Below are positions 1 through 62,000 of a stretch of 64,000 nucleotides of DNA, one piece after another. The notes under the pieces were generated by a model. That model saw only the letters and a program-made list of their open reading frames with translations. It ran no database searches and was not told the origin of the DNA. Location of the stretch: assembly GCA_964252035.1 (NCBI GenBank), contig OZ176209.1. One strand, given 5' to 3'. How positions within the stretch are numbered: position 1 is the first letter of the stretch; every line of letters begins with the position of its first letter. The position numbers were made by a program, and so were the translations under genes. The stretch comes from Podarcis erhardii. Taxonomy: Eukaryota.

Positions 1-1994
1 TTTCAGCATCAAAGAGATTTGTTCCTTTTTGGGGGGTGACCTGACCTAAAGGGAAATTAGGCATTTCATGTGAGCTGTGGTTATACATGCTTTTATTTAT
101 AAATATCTTGTTCAAGATAAAAACAGGATTCTGAACAGTGGATTTTACTTGCTACCCCTTCACTTCAAGATTCTTTCCACCAAATTGTTCCTTGTGAAAC
201 TAGCTTTTTGCAATTTGTTAATGGCAGTGTTACTGCCCTCAGAGACATGAACTTAAGTACTGGGAGAGTTGTGGTCTGTTAAGCTTCAATTACATTTTCA
301 GACTGGTACCAGTAATGTAGTAGGTTTTTTAAAATAGGATTATATACAGCTCCGTGGCAGTGCTTTAAACACAGGTCTGCTACAGTGTTTTTGCTAGACC
401 AGCACACCCCTGCAATGCCAGGAGTTTGTCCCAGCAACTGTCCATCTTTCCACTGCAGTTATATTGGGTAGTGGATATAGTCTCTTTCAGAGCAGGCCTG
501 CATAGTAACAGAAGTTTCACTTGTTTCTCAGATAAATGTGGTATTCTCCTTAACCCGGTTAGAACATATGTTTGTCTGTCTGTATGGTCCAAATGGCTAC
601 ATTCCGGTATGTGTTTTTATTACTTCTGAATAAGGAAGCCTCTTGCTTTCTCTGCTGCTTCTTGGCCTTTTGGCAGACAGTTCAAACGATCAACTCACAC
701 AGCAAGTAATAATCCTCCATACCCATGTAAACAGAAAGCAAAACATTATAGGAGCGGTCACCAACCACTCAATCATGGTACAGCCAAACAAACACTCATC
801 CCTACTATTCCAACTAACTTCCTACGAATTGTGCACTTTTCCCAGTAGCATGCCTCAGTGGAAGATGAGAAGTCTGGCTTGTTCCATCAGCTCTGCTGGA
901 AAAGCTGCTCTTTTTGAGGAGGCAAGCTGTCCTCTGGAGAAAAACAAGGGTGGGTGGTCTTTGGCATCTCCGCCCATCTCTCTCCTGGTTCAGGAGCCAC
1001 TTTGCTCACTGACTTCTTAATGGGAGATCACAGCAGATATTCCTTCTAATTCAAGGAAGCTCAGTTCAGGACATGTTCCGGTTTTCCCGTGGACCATTTC
1101 TGGGTTTAGTCTTCTCAAGGGTGGGGTGTGAGGAGAGAAGATCCTGGTTTTTCTTAAGCGTCACCTCTGGTGGAGTTGGCATTGAAGTGCTGGCCAGTTT
1201 GCAGACCTGGGGAGGAGGCTGGTGACCAGGGCTCTCCTTTCACCAGTTGCCCTGCAGAACTCCTTGGAGGGAGCTCAGTATCCCCCAGGGGTGTAGCTCC
1301 AGAAAGGAAAAAGTTAATACCTTCACTCTCCCCCCACCCGACCATTTGCTTCGATGGTGCTTACCTGCTCTTTCTGAGGGGCTTGCAAAGCACTAGGGCG
1401 GAGGGGGTCGTGGAAACAGCCTCACTTCACTAGTACTTTACTCAGTCCCATCGCTGGTTCCTAGGAGCAAACCAAATTGACCCCCAACCACCTACCACAA
1501 GCCGTCCCCGTCTTCCTCCTCTAGGCGTCTTTCGTCCTCTTTAAGCCGCCAGCCTGCTATTTCTCTCTCTTGGCCCGAAATGAACCCCCCGCCCCGAATT
1601 CGGCCAAGCTCAGAACAGCCTGCCAATCCCACCGTTTATACAAACGTAATAGCAGTTGGAATCCAAACTGTCGCCAGGCACCTGAGGAGGAAAATGACAC
1701 TCTGAGGCTGCTACGGCGAGAATCCCGAGGAGAAGGGGGCGGAGCTTAGAAGGGGTCGATCGAGGGGGCGTGGCGTGAAGCGGCGGTCCTGTCACCGGAG
1801 GGGGCGTGAAGGGGGCGGGACATCGGTAGCCGTTGCCCGCGCGCGGCTGTGCGCGCTGGCGACCTCCTCTCCGGGTTCGGTCAAGGAGCAACCGACGTCG
1901 CTGCTCCCAGCGGCTTGCGGGGCGGGCGTTCCGCTTGTAAGAAGGCGGAGGGGGGGGGCGTGAGAGCAGAAGCGGCCGTTTCGCGCCTGAAGTG

Positions 1995-2019
1995 GCCGCC
2001 GCCGCCGCCGCCGCCGCCG
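1995..2019 (+). repeat. (GCC)8 trinucleotide repeat in the TRIM24 5'UTR
   Basis: Direct reading; ends 4 nt before the ATG. Confidence 0.9.
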
Positions 2020-2023
2020 AACA

Positions 2024-50279
<48,256 letters not shown>

Positions 50280-51134
50280 ACTGGATATAGGCACTGCTAA
50301 AGATTTTTTTTCCATAAATATTTATCAACATTCATTTTTGTGAGGGCATTTTATGAGCACGTTGACATCTACAGATTTGGACATTCACTGGGAGTCCTAC
50401 CTTGGTACAAATTTGCCAAGAAGTGAGGCATGTAGGAGACATTAGAAAAAATCTATAAAATTTACCCTTGGTTTTTAGAATTCATTCTGCCACCACTCTA
50501 AAGTGACAACTGTTCAAATCTTTTATTTAGAAAGGATTTGTAAAAATTAAACTAAAGTTAGAAACAAATTTAATGTGTAGATTTCAGGAAAATGTGAGCT
50601 TACCAGAAATTAATTTACCAACGACATGTGGCTGGCCATAATCTCAGTTCTTTGTACTGTACATAACTGTTAGCCACTGAGAAGAGAAAAGCACATGCTC
50701 AGATATTGGCCTAGGATACAATGGAATTGTCATTGCCCGCAGAGAGCTACTTGTGCTCTGAAATGTAAGGAGTGGGGAGATGAATTAAAGTACTTTGAAA
50801 ATGGACTTTTGAGTGTCTTGCTGTGCTCATATGGAGAGAAATTTTATACAATTGGTTGTAATTTCCTGCTGGCCAGCATTGCATGTATTTCTAAACATTA
50901 ATCTAGCAATGGAAGTATTAAGGTTGAATTTCATCTTTATAGTTTATCCTATTTTACACCTACCGAGGGAGCTAGAAGGAAACCTCCCTCTGCTGCTTTT
51001 ATTAGAATGTGTGGTCTGCTGCCATAAGCTGGTTTGGAATTTTTCATTAGAATCATACTGATTTACTCATTAAAGTATACTGTGTGATGCTTTCCTGAAT
51101 GATTACAAAGAGGAAGATCATGTCTTTAAATTTA

Positions 51135-51464
51135 CGGTGGTGCCCCGCAAGACGAATGCCTCGCAAGACGGAAAACCCGCTAGACGAAAGGGTTTTCCGT
51201 TTTGGAGGTGCTTCGCAAAACGAATTTCCTATGGGCTTGCGAAAATGTCTTGCGAATTCCTGCGGGTTTTTTTCCCTCCCCCCTCTTTTTCTAAGCCGCT
51301 TATCAGCTGATCCGCTAAGCCGCTTAACAGCTGATCCGCTAAGCCGCTTAACAGCTGATCCGCTAAGCCGCTAATAGCGCTAAGCCGCTAATGGGCTTGC
51401 TTCGCAAGACGAAAAAACCGCAAGACAAAGAGACGGATTCTTTTCGTCTTGCGAGGCACCACTG
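51135..51464. mobile_element. Tigger-like MITE, family B, ~850 bp downstream of the TRIM24 stop
   Basis: TA|CGGTGGTGCCCCGCAAGACGAA ... TTCGTCTTGCGAGGCACCACTG|TA; about three 24-bp internal units. Confidence 0.9.
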
Positions 51465-51874
51465 TATCCTCACTTCAAATTTTGAGTGCCATCAAAATCA
51501 GCATTGAAATGTGAACTAATAACAAGTGTAAACTGCACTTGCACAATATGAAATTACTTTTAAATGAATGCCATGAGGAAATTCCATGGAATAATTTTTA
51601 TTCTAGACAAAACTTGCCCCTATTCCTGATAACAGGGATGACAGCATCTGGTTTAGCTTCCACCACAATTCCCTTCATTCATCCTTTTAACTTAATTTGG
51701 CCTAAATAAGTGAATGACCACTATTCACTTCCAGAGGTCAGGGAAGTAAACTCACCCATTTGACACTACTGGAGGTGCCAAGCTCTCATGAGAGGGAGCC
51801 TGCAGAGGCATTCAATGTGTGGCAGTGTAGTAAGATTCTTCCCTTCACTTCAGTTCCCCAACTGCTAAAGAAGA

Positions 51875-52680
51875 ATAAGATTACAGATAAGTTAAATGAA
51901 TTATTTGCATTTGTCTTCACAACGGAATATACAGGGCAGATCCCAGTGCCTGAACTAATCTTTGCAGGAGGCGAGTCTGAGCAACAGAAGGTTGCTGCTG
52001 ATACTAAAGTGTTCGTTTTTGTTAAAATAAAAGATATAATGAAGAGCTCTTAAAAGGATCTCTCCAAGCTGAGTGAACAGGCGGTAAAATGGCAAATGCA
52101 GTTCAATGTAAACAAGTCCAAAGTAATGCATGTTGGGGCAAAAAATTCTTAATTTCACATATATGTTCATGGGGTCTGAATTGGTGGTGATTAGCCAGAA
52201 AGAAGACCTTGGGGGTGAAGTAGACAGTTCAATGAAGTTTTTGTCCCACTATGAGGCAGCTGTGAAAAAGTAAAATGCCATGCGAGGATCACTAGGAGAG
52301 GAATTGAAAACTGTTGATATAATGCCATTCTACAAATCTCTTACGTGGCTGCATTTGGAATGTTGTGTACAATTCTGGTTGTCTCGCCTCAAAGGATGTA
52401 CTGTAGAGTTGGAAAAGGTTCAGAAAAGGGCAATCAAAATGATCAAAGGAATGGAAAAGTTCCCCTATATAGTATGTTGGACATTTTAGTTTAAAGAAAA
52501 GGCAAGTAAGAGGTGACACAATAGAAATTTATAAAATCATGCATGGCATGGAGAAACAGGAGAAGATTTTCTCCCTCTCTCAAAACACTAAACTCATGAA
52601 TGTCCAGTGAAGCTGAACATTTGAAGATTGAAGACAGATAAAAGGAAGTATTTCTTCATGCTGTGCATAAACTCTAGGAC
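51875..52680 (+). mobile_element. Degenerate CR1 LINE fragments
   Basis: Coding remnants KLNELFAFVFT, WQMQFNV, LEKVQKRAIKMIKG, RGD.IEIYKI, with stops and deletions. Confidence 0.8.
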
Positions 52681-53910
52681 TCACTTCCTACAGGAGCTAC
52701 TAACATCTGCATACATAGAGTGCCAACACCTACCTGAGGAACAGAAAAATTATTTTAATGAGTTTACGTATCTGCCATCAGTGGGCTCATACAGCATGTT
52801 CTGCCATGTGCATATAGTGACTTGAATGAATGGGGGACAAGACATTTGCGCACATCACAGAGCCTTCTCAAGCCTGGATATAGCATGATGTTGGGCACAT
52901 TTTTTAAAAAAACAACTTACCACATGGGGTACAGTTCCATTTATTTGTGCAGAAGTTTATTCAAATGTTGTAAAGACAAGAAACACCTTTTTTTGGAAAT
53001 GCGGGTGGAGAAAATCTCAGTAGCTCTTCTGAAAAATATGCTCAAATGCATTAAATGTAACAGAGCCTTCTTGGGTTTTTCCTCTTTCTAGTGGTCACCT
53101 TCATTTCCTTTGCTAAAAAGATAAAATCAGGTGTTAAGAATGACAGGTCTCCATGACTTACCTATGCAAGAATTAAGTGGTGTCAGCTTTGCAATCAGGA
53201 TTAAATGCTTCTAATTCTTTTAGTTCAGTGCCCACTCAGCCACCATGTAGCAGCAGATACATCTATCTTAACTTGCTTCCTTGGACAAAGGTCCCAATGC
53301 AGCAACCACTGACCTACAGGAGCTTGGCACCCAGGTTCCCTCCAGCCTTTTTGTTTGTTTGAAGGATTTTTTCCATTCCACTGCAATCTACATACACAGA
53401 AACATTCCCATTGTGTGTTATTGGCTGCCTTAAATGGTTGCCTGTAGCAAGTGTTCCATGTGATACGGCCCCTCCAAACTATATGTTGGTTCCACAGTTG
53501 TTAAATCACATTGCCATTTCATGAAGTCTTTCTCGATGAATGATTACATATGTGTAAGCCACCCTTGGAGCCTTTTCTGCCAAAGAGCAAGGGTGAAAGG
53601 CCATAAAATAATTATACTGTTGCCAAGGCATCTCTCTCATTTACAACCTAAGTAGCATTTTTTTGTATATAAAAGAAGCAACATATATTTCTGTGTATTT
53701 GTTGTGACGTGGGCTGTTTTAATTTTGTAGAAGGAAACAAGACAATAGCTTTCCTGAAACCACCCATTCAGTTAATGAATCAATGCAAATTACACAAGAT
53801 CTTCAGTTGAACCCATTGGCTTCTAATGCCACACCTCTCTCCCAGGTGTAAAGAACTGATGTTTCAAAGTGGAAAAGCTGGAGACAGCTAGCCAGAAATT
53901 GATCCAACTC

Positions 53911-54139
53911 CAGTGGTACCTTGGTTTTCTAACAATCCATTACGGAAGTCCGTTCGAGTTCTGAAATGTTCAAAAACTGTAAACAGGAGCCTCAATACGG
54001 AAAACTCAAAACAGAAGCCGCGTTTCCTGTTCGACTTCTCTGAGGTACGTTCAGAATCAAGGCATTTACTTCCGGGTTTTTGGCATTTGAGTTCCGAAAT
54101 GTTCGACTACGAAGGTGTTCGAAAACCGAGGTACCCCTG
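53911..54139. mobile_element. Tigger-like MITE, family C
   Basis: CAGTGGTACCTTGGTTTT ... AAAACCGAGGTACCCCTG|TA. Confidence 0.8.
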
Positions 54140-55954
54140 TACATGGATAATGGCCTCCCTTTTATGCTGAGATTCTGCCTCTGTATTTATTAGCTTAGGT
54201 GCACATCTGCTTTGAAATGCAGCTTGCCCAGGTCTGTAGAACCTGGTGGTTCTACAACCACCAAACAATCTCCAAATATTGTTTAATAGCTCATTAAATG
54301 TTCTTTTCTCTTCATTGCTGCTGCATACCAAGCCAATTGCAGATGAATTAAAGCTTCGAAGGTTGTGCAAGAGACAATTTGCCGCTGGTAACAGGGTAGC
54401 ATGTAGAGGCCTAAATGAGATCTAAGTGGTACGTAAGGAATGAATTACCCTAATTGAAAGCGTGATTTTTATTCGCAGTGTTAAGTTATTATAAATTGGT
54501 GGGAGGGGTTTTCTGGGTCACTGGGTTAATTATATGTCATTACTTCTTATAACAAATTATAAGTGGCCTGGTGCCTGTCAGCTTAGTGTAATAGCCACCC
54601 ACAAACAAGGTAGGGCTTTTTTGTGTATTTGCTGGACTCCTTATGATATATTTTTTTAAGGGCATGATTTTTTTTATTAAGAAAAAGCATGTAAAGAATA
54701 TGAAAAGAAACTGCACACACAACCCTAAGCCATCCAAGGATGTCAGTGACTTCAACAGCCTACACAGTGTTGGGTGGTGGGGCAGGAGAAGAAAAGGGAA
54801 ACAGTAAGAAGAAATTTGTCAGTTGAGTGCCTAACAACTTATATGGTGTCCTGGACACAGAATGAGGCACAAGATGATAATCACTTGTAGGGCTAAAAAA
54901 TCCCTCCCTGCGCTGTACTGAGGTTTTGGAAGAGAGGAGAGGAAAAGAGAGACCTTTTCCCATTGCCAACCTCCAGAAACCTTGATGTAGCAACAATACC
55001 CTTGAATTTGAGGTTGGCAGGCATCTCCAAAGCCAAGATTCAGGAAAGGGTGAAAGGTGTATTTCTTTGTCTCTTCCAGGCTGGCTTGAGCTCTCGACAG
55101 GAGCATTCTTGTCAGAAACTGGGGATATACTACATATCATTTTGCTGCGGGCCCCACTCAATGATTTTAATTTCCCCAATAACTCAGTTTGCTGGTAATT
55201 ATTATTAATTATAAACATACAGAATATTTCTAGACTGTCTTTCATTACTGTGTTTCATTAAACAATTACAGGGCAGTATACAGCAAGTATACAGTCTTTA
55301 AATATAAGAAGGCATGTTATGCTACAGAGACAAACAATCAGTCACCAACACTCCTAAATATCATAAATAGCTTCACTGCCTTGGTTCCTCCCAAAGGCCT
55401 GAATTATTATTCTTGAATGACACAAATTGGAGCTCATCAGGCTTGCAAGCTGTAATTTGGAAATCTCACTGGTCCCAGTCTGAATTGGGGCAGTTAATGG
55501 TGTGCACCTACATCAATATATCCAAGCAGTTAGTCTATTAACTAGCTCACTTTGCAAATAGATTGGCCTTGCTAGACTGAGTCAGTTGTAATTATACAAC
55601 CCAAGCCCCCTTTGACTTATGATACAAATAATCACTCCTATTTTTGGGTCTTCAAGTTCCTTCAGGTAGGCATATGGATGGCATAAAGGTTATCATTTGC
55701 AAGAGTGGACTGGAGGACATTCAGTTAACAGGACGTGGGAGGAGTCATCCTGCTAAGCAAACGTCCTCCAGTCCACTCTTCAAACAGAAATTCACAGTAA
55801 GACCAATTTCCGTTGCTCCTGATGTGGAGAGGCCTCCTATGAAACTTGTTTGTTTTTCATAATGGGGTGAACTTCAAAGGAAGCTGCCGCGGTGGCCTTC
55901 AGCAGTGCAGGAGCCTGCTTCTGACCTTACACTACGGAAGACAGGTTTACCAAC

Positions 55955-56068
55955 CTGAAGCGCTCTCCCTCTGGTCTCAATGGGCAGAGTGAAAGCAGAG
56001 ACAGCACACACGATACAAACAGAAGCGAAAAGGCAAAGGGCTCCCAAGAAAGAAGCATTCATGAGCAC
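55955..56068 (-). CDS. SVOPL: SVOPL penultimate coding exon
   Basis: VLMNASFLGALCLFASVCIVCAVSAFTLPIETRGRALQ|gttggt; 114 nt. Confidence 0.9.
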
Positions 56069-59000
56069 CTGCAAAGAAACAATGTATTAGTGCAACGCTG
56101 CCATGCAACTTGGTCAAATGCTTTTTTTTTTTAAGCCCATAGGATTTCCTTTCTAGCTTTCTCAAAGTTTAGCATGTTGGCCAACAATCCAGTGCAGAAG
56201 CCTTTAAGAAGAGCCATGAAGCCTATGCAGTCCATCATCCACGTCTCACACTGGCCAGCCAGATTCCTGCAGGAAGCCCACAAACAGCACTTGACTGCAA
56301 CAGTACTCTTCCCATTTGAAATGTTCAGCAACTGGTACCTGCAGGCATACCTTTTCAGGCTTTAATCTAGGATTATTTTAACATATATGGTGACAGGTGG
56401 TGTTGCGACATGTAGTTGTTGGGAATACAATAGTTGGGAATACAATAGTACTACTCTAGCTTAAAGCCCCTCTAGACATCATTTTTTAATTGCATATCCA
56501 TGATTATTTGTGCTCGTGATGCTATCAGGGGGGTCATACATGATTCCTCTTTAAATACTGTTTGTGTGGCAAAGGTTTCAGGGCGGCTATACTACTTCAT
56601 TTGCAATCAGTGCACAGCTCGTTACTTGTAACTTTTTATACTATGAATGTTCTGGTTTGTTTTCTGCCCCACTTTTGTTGCACCATAGCCCTTCCAGGCT
56701 GGGTAGCATTGGAAAAGCATCACAGAACAACTAATAATGCAGGATAAACACACCACTATTGCGTCAAGAACTTATTGGGGAATACACCTGCACTAAAACA
56801 GCAGTCTGGAGGTGCCCTTTGAAGATCCTCCAAAAGCAAGAATAGCTTGACAAAGGTCAATATTAGCTTTGGTATCATCCTCTTATTTAAAAATGTGGAT
56901 GAGAATACACATGAATTCAGGTCAGAAACCAAAGAATCAAAACAATATATTTAAGTAACTTTATTGAAAGTCATCTTACCTGGGCTATAAAAGGTGCCAC
57001 CATAGCACCAATACGACATACAGAACCACTAGTGCCAAGGCCAACAGCTCTCATGATAGTTGGATAAACCTGTAATACAGTAATATATAATTCAAGATCA
57101 GATCTATAGTATAGACCGGAGGAAAGGGAAACTGGGAAACTGTCAACCGAGCATCTATTGTGGGTCCCAGAGTTTAGGTGGCCGTTGACCCAGAGATGGT
57201 ATCTGCAGAAGATTCTATTGACAATCTTGTAAAAGATACTGCTTTTAGAAATGTTATTTGGCAGAATCCAGTCAAAAGTAAGGCTTTAAAAAAAAAAAAA
57301 GCCCCATTAATTTAAATGAGAAAATACAATATGCTTAATTTTTGTGCCCATTTAGTTTACAAAGGCTAATAATGAAAGCAATGAAAGCATTACTGTTTGG
57401 AAATATAAAAATGTTGAATTTTACTTGGTTATTGTTTTGTTACTTGGATATTTCAACTATTTTTTGGGACAGCAAAAAATGATAAAATGATAAAATATTC
57501 AATTTCAGGTTTCCAGACATTGAAAGAGATTTTTTTGCCTTAAAACCCCCCCACAAAAAACTAATGTCAAAATCAGCCTCAGCTATTCACTTCTGGACTT
57601 CAGATATGCATGAGAACAGGTGACTCAAAGTGGAAGATTATAAATTATTCCATACTTATCTAACATAGATATTCTTATGTCAGCCTATGAAGAACAGAGT
57701 AGCATTTACTACCAAGCAAGAGTTGGTCTGAGGTGGTTCTTCTGCTGCACACCAACTTTTATGAGCTGCTAAATCATTTAGGTTTGTTCATGTATGCAAT
57801 ATAAGCATACAATGCTCTGTTAAATCACAAAAAGGAGTGGTACTGTAGTAATGTGTGGATAATACTATCCTTCATTGGTAAGCATGGCGCTGTTTGTTCA
57901 AGCACCACCGCCTTTACTCATTAAGAGAGGAAGTATCATTTGGTCAAATCCTGCTCAAGCATATCAACACCATCCAAATCCCAGGAATTGAACAGAAATA
58001 TTTTTAGCTGTGCACTGCCTGCTTGCTCCTTCCAGCTACCCAGCTAAGGCTTCAACCCGATACTTACTTAGTATGGGAATCTCATTGGATTAAATCATAC
58101 TTACTTCTAAGTAAATATGCATTTATTATGGAAAGCTATGATGAGAGACCTCTGTTGTGTGTTCCTCCCCTTCCACAATTCACGGCTTCAAAAGCATCTC
58201 ACCTCCGCTGTGTAAATGTAGATGGTGTTGAAATTTGCAGAGACCAAGGCACGCAACATGAAGAGAAAACCAATGAGGCCCGAGCTGGTTAGAAAAGGAA
58301 GAAAGAGGATGCATGGGGAAATTCACATCATTATCCAGCATTTGATTTGAAGTCCTTGATTGTACGTCGTACCAAGAATTCCATAAAGGGGATTTTATAT
58401 GAATAGCTTCAAAAGTGGTGACCCTTTTCAAAGACAGCACACAGGAGAGAATGGATGCTTAGAGCAGCTGTGCGCGGGCACCCTTAGAATAAGCAGAGCC
58501 ACTTAGTTGTGGTGCCCAGAAAGTCTGTTTGCGCCTGGATGAGAGCTGGGAGGGAACGGAGAGAGAATGGGAAGGATCCCTCTGAAACGCTTAAAAAAGA
58601 TTGGAAGCCTTTTTGTGGTTCTAGTCTGCTCCAAGAGAACCCTAACATTGCCTGTTGCTTTTTATGCGTTTTCAGATTCAGAGATTAATTCGGGGATGAG
58701 AAGCCTACAGCTCTCTCGATGTCGCCAGAGCTGAAATTACATCAGTCTCAGCATGGCTGATTATCAGGGATGATGGGAGTTGTAGTCCAACAGCACCTGG
58801 AGAGGCCCCACAACTTCTCTGTTTTAATATGATCTAAGCTACCTGTGGTGCATTTAAATGGAAGGTTGGGATATAAATAGTTCATATCAGGCTTCCTCAA
58901 ACTCAGCCCTCCTGATGTTTTGAGACTACAATTCCCATCATCCCTGACCACTGGTCCTGCTAGCTAGGGATCATGGGAGTTGTAGGCCAAAAACATCTGG

Positions 59001-62000
59001 AGGGCCAAGTTTGAGGAAGCCTGGTTTAAATAAATAAATATGTAGCTTGCAGTCTTATCACAAGCCAATCACACACATCCCAGGCCATATACTACTAGAA
59101 TGTGTGATCAAAGGTCTCAATAAAATAACTGTGCTCAATTAGATGCCTTATAATGAGTCAGAACATTTGTCTATAGCTCGGTATTGCCTACACAAGGCTC
59201 TACTACAGGGACTGACAATGGCTGTCCATGTTTTGAGACAGGATCCTCTCCCAGCCCTACCTAAGGATGCTGGGAATTGAACCCAGGAACCTACAGCATG
59301 CAAAGCGGATGTTCTGCTCTGAGCTATGGCCTTTTACCCTATCAACATAAATGTGGCATCTTCTCAGCAGTTTCCAGAAGATACAATAAACTCTAGGTGA
59401 GGACAGAATGTTTGTTTACAAAAAAAAGTTAAAACAAAAAGAATACATGAAATCCTTCTGTAAAAGCGGCAAGAGCTATATCTAACAATGCTACCCTGAA
59501 AAATCCTGGTTACATAAAAAAACAAAAAACAAACAAACCTTGGAAAGGGCTTCCTAAAAGAACAAACGCTTGGCACCACCCTAATCTCCCGGCGGAGTGC
59601 ATTCCAATGTGCTCACCGTGTGCCTAAACTCTAGAACAAAGACCTGGATGTTCCAAGCGCCAATGAAATCAGACTGGTATGAATGAGCCAAGTCACAAGA
59701 GACGCATACATTTGCAGACAGCGCATAAAACAAAACAAAAAAAGATATTCTAGCAGATGGGCATTTGCTGCTGCCCTGGCCCCTCCACCAAATATGACCT
59801 ATCCTGCAACCCAAATCATCCCCAGAACTCCTAGCATATAATGTATGGGGTGTTAGGGGAGGGGTAGTAGATACTGCATGGGCTGAAGAGTTTCAGGGCA
59901 GTAAAGCTTTGATGTCAGCTATGGTTTTCCCAGTAGTGATGTATGGAAGTGAAAGCTGGACCATGAAGAAGGCTGATCGCCGAAGAATTGATGCTTTTGA
60001 ATTATGGTGCTGGAGGAGACTCTTTAGAGTCCCATGGACTGCAAGAAAATCAAACCGATCCATTCTTAAGGAAATCAGCCCTGAGTGCTCACTGGAAGGA
60101 CAGATCCTGAAGCTGAGGCTCCAATACTCATGAGAAGAGAAGACTCCCTGGAAAAGACCCTGATGTTGGGAAAGATTGAAGGCACAAGGAGAAGGGGACG
60201 ACAGAGGATGAGATGGTTGGACAGTGTTCTCAAAGCTACCAACATGAGTTTGACCAAACTGCGGGAGGCTGTGGAAGACAGGAGTGCCTGGCGTGCTCTG
60301 GTCCATGGGGTCACGAAGAGTCGGACATGACTAAACAACAGCAACAACAGCAAAAGCTTTGATGCCCAATGGAGTTACTCAACCCTCTCCTTAGAAGAAG
60401 CAGAAAACCAGTATATCTCCAGCTCTAGCTCTGCATATATATAGATATAGATACCTGACTCATCTGTACCACTGAAACAACATAATTCATTTTTGTGTGT
60501 GACATATTCTCTCTCTCCCTCTCTCTCCCTCTCTCTTTCTTCTCCCTTTCATAATAACAAGGAGGTTTATTGCAAGCTTATGTAAGTCAAGCAATTAACC
60601 AAGATTAAAGTCTTGGTATTAATCAGCTGGTACACTTTGTTCACCCTGGCATCCTCAAACATCCTCCACTGGCACAAATGCCCTTCATTGCCAGGAGCTG
60701 CATGCTGGAGCAAAACTGGTTTGAAGTTCACGCTGCTTCGTCATATAATTTTTACATTAAAGTGGCCATATTGACTCAGCCCATAGTTTAGGCTCACTGC
60801 CTAGAGTAAACAGAGAAACTATACGCTTCCTAGACATTGCATGTAAAGGTACCCCTGACTGTTAGGTCCAGTCGTGGACGACTCTGGGGTTGCGCGCTCA
60901 TCTCACTCTATAGGCCGAGGGAGCCGGCGTACAGCTTCCGAGTCATGTGGCCAGCATGACTAAGCCGCTTCTTGTGAACCAGAGCAGCACACAGAAATGC
61001 CATTTACCTTCCCCTCTGGAGTGGTACCTATTTATCTACTTGCGCTTTCGAACTGCTAGGTTGGCAGGAGCAGGAACAACGGGAGCTCACCCCGTCGTGG
61101 GGATTCGAACCGCCAACCTTTTGATCGGCAAGCTCTAGGCTCTGTGGTTTAGACTACATCACCACCCGCGTCCCCCCGCCTTTGCTGTAGGAAACTGTAA
61201 TGTATATTTATTAGAAGGCAAAACTGGACGTTATCTGGCAAATGAAAGTTTCCAAACCGGCTTTTGTTGAGCTAATGAAGGTGCAAGAGGTCCTAACTAT
61301 AAAGGCTTGCCCACTTTTGAGCATTATTTGAACATCGCCGGAGGTGTCCACACCTGCACCCATTTGTATATACGTGGCAACTTTGGTCTTTTCTGGTCAT
61401 GCCACCAGGCCTTCTCCCTACCTTAGTTTCTTCCCCACAGGTAAGGAAGGAGAAATTCAGTGGAAGAGGAGGAGAAATGTGATGTCAATCAAGTAATGTG
61501 TACAAAAATGTGTTTATTGGGATAAAATGTGCTTTAAAGTAAAGTGCACATATTTGGTGGAAATAACAGACAAAAGTGCTTGAAAAGCTGAGTCTGTTGG
61601 GAGAAATGTGCACTCAAAAGCTGGTGAATTTTCATGAGCAGTTGTTTTTAATCACAATCTGATGTAGAGATGTGCAGAGAACCAAACTGAAGAAAAAATG
61701 AGAAGCGGAGAGAAACAAAGATTGACAGATGGGCCCGTTGCTAGTTATAGGGAAAGGCTGTGGGAAGGAGGGGTTCTTAACCTCTTCCAAATGTGCCGGT
61801 TTTCCTCAGCAAATGTCCCCCAAGGTCATTCCATGCCCCTGTCTAGGCTTACTTCTGGTTTCAGAAGTTAACTGGGGAGAAAATTAACTAAAAACAACTG
61901 AGGGGTTGCTGTGCAGGGGAGAATTGGCAGGACCGCAAGGGCTAAACACTCTCTCCTGCCTGCTGAATCTCCTCTGCAAATCCTCTCCTACATTAGCATT

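Noticed and set aside
1069-1078. Perfect p53 half-site GGACATGTTC upstream of TRIM24 (a known p53 target in human)
   Set aside because: No adjacent second half-site; a lone degenerate decamer is expected by chance.
50280-53700. TRIM24 poly(A) site
   Set aside because: Several AATAAA/ATTAAA-like hexamers (e.g. ~51069, ~52026) but none distinguishable without transcript data; not annotated.
61480-62000. Repeat-like AT-rich and GC-rich blocks in an SVOPL intron
   Set aside because: Probably old interspersed repeats, but no termini, TSD or coding motif could be established.
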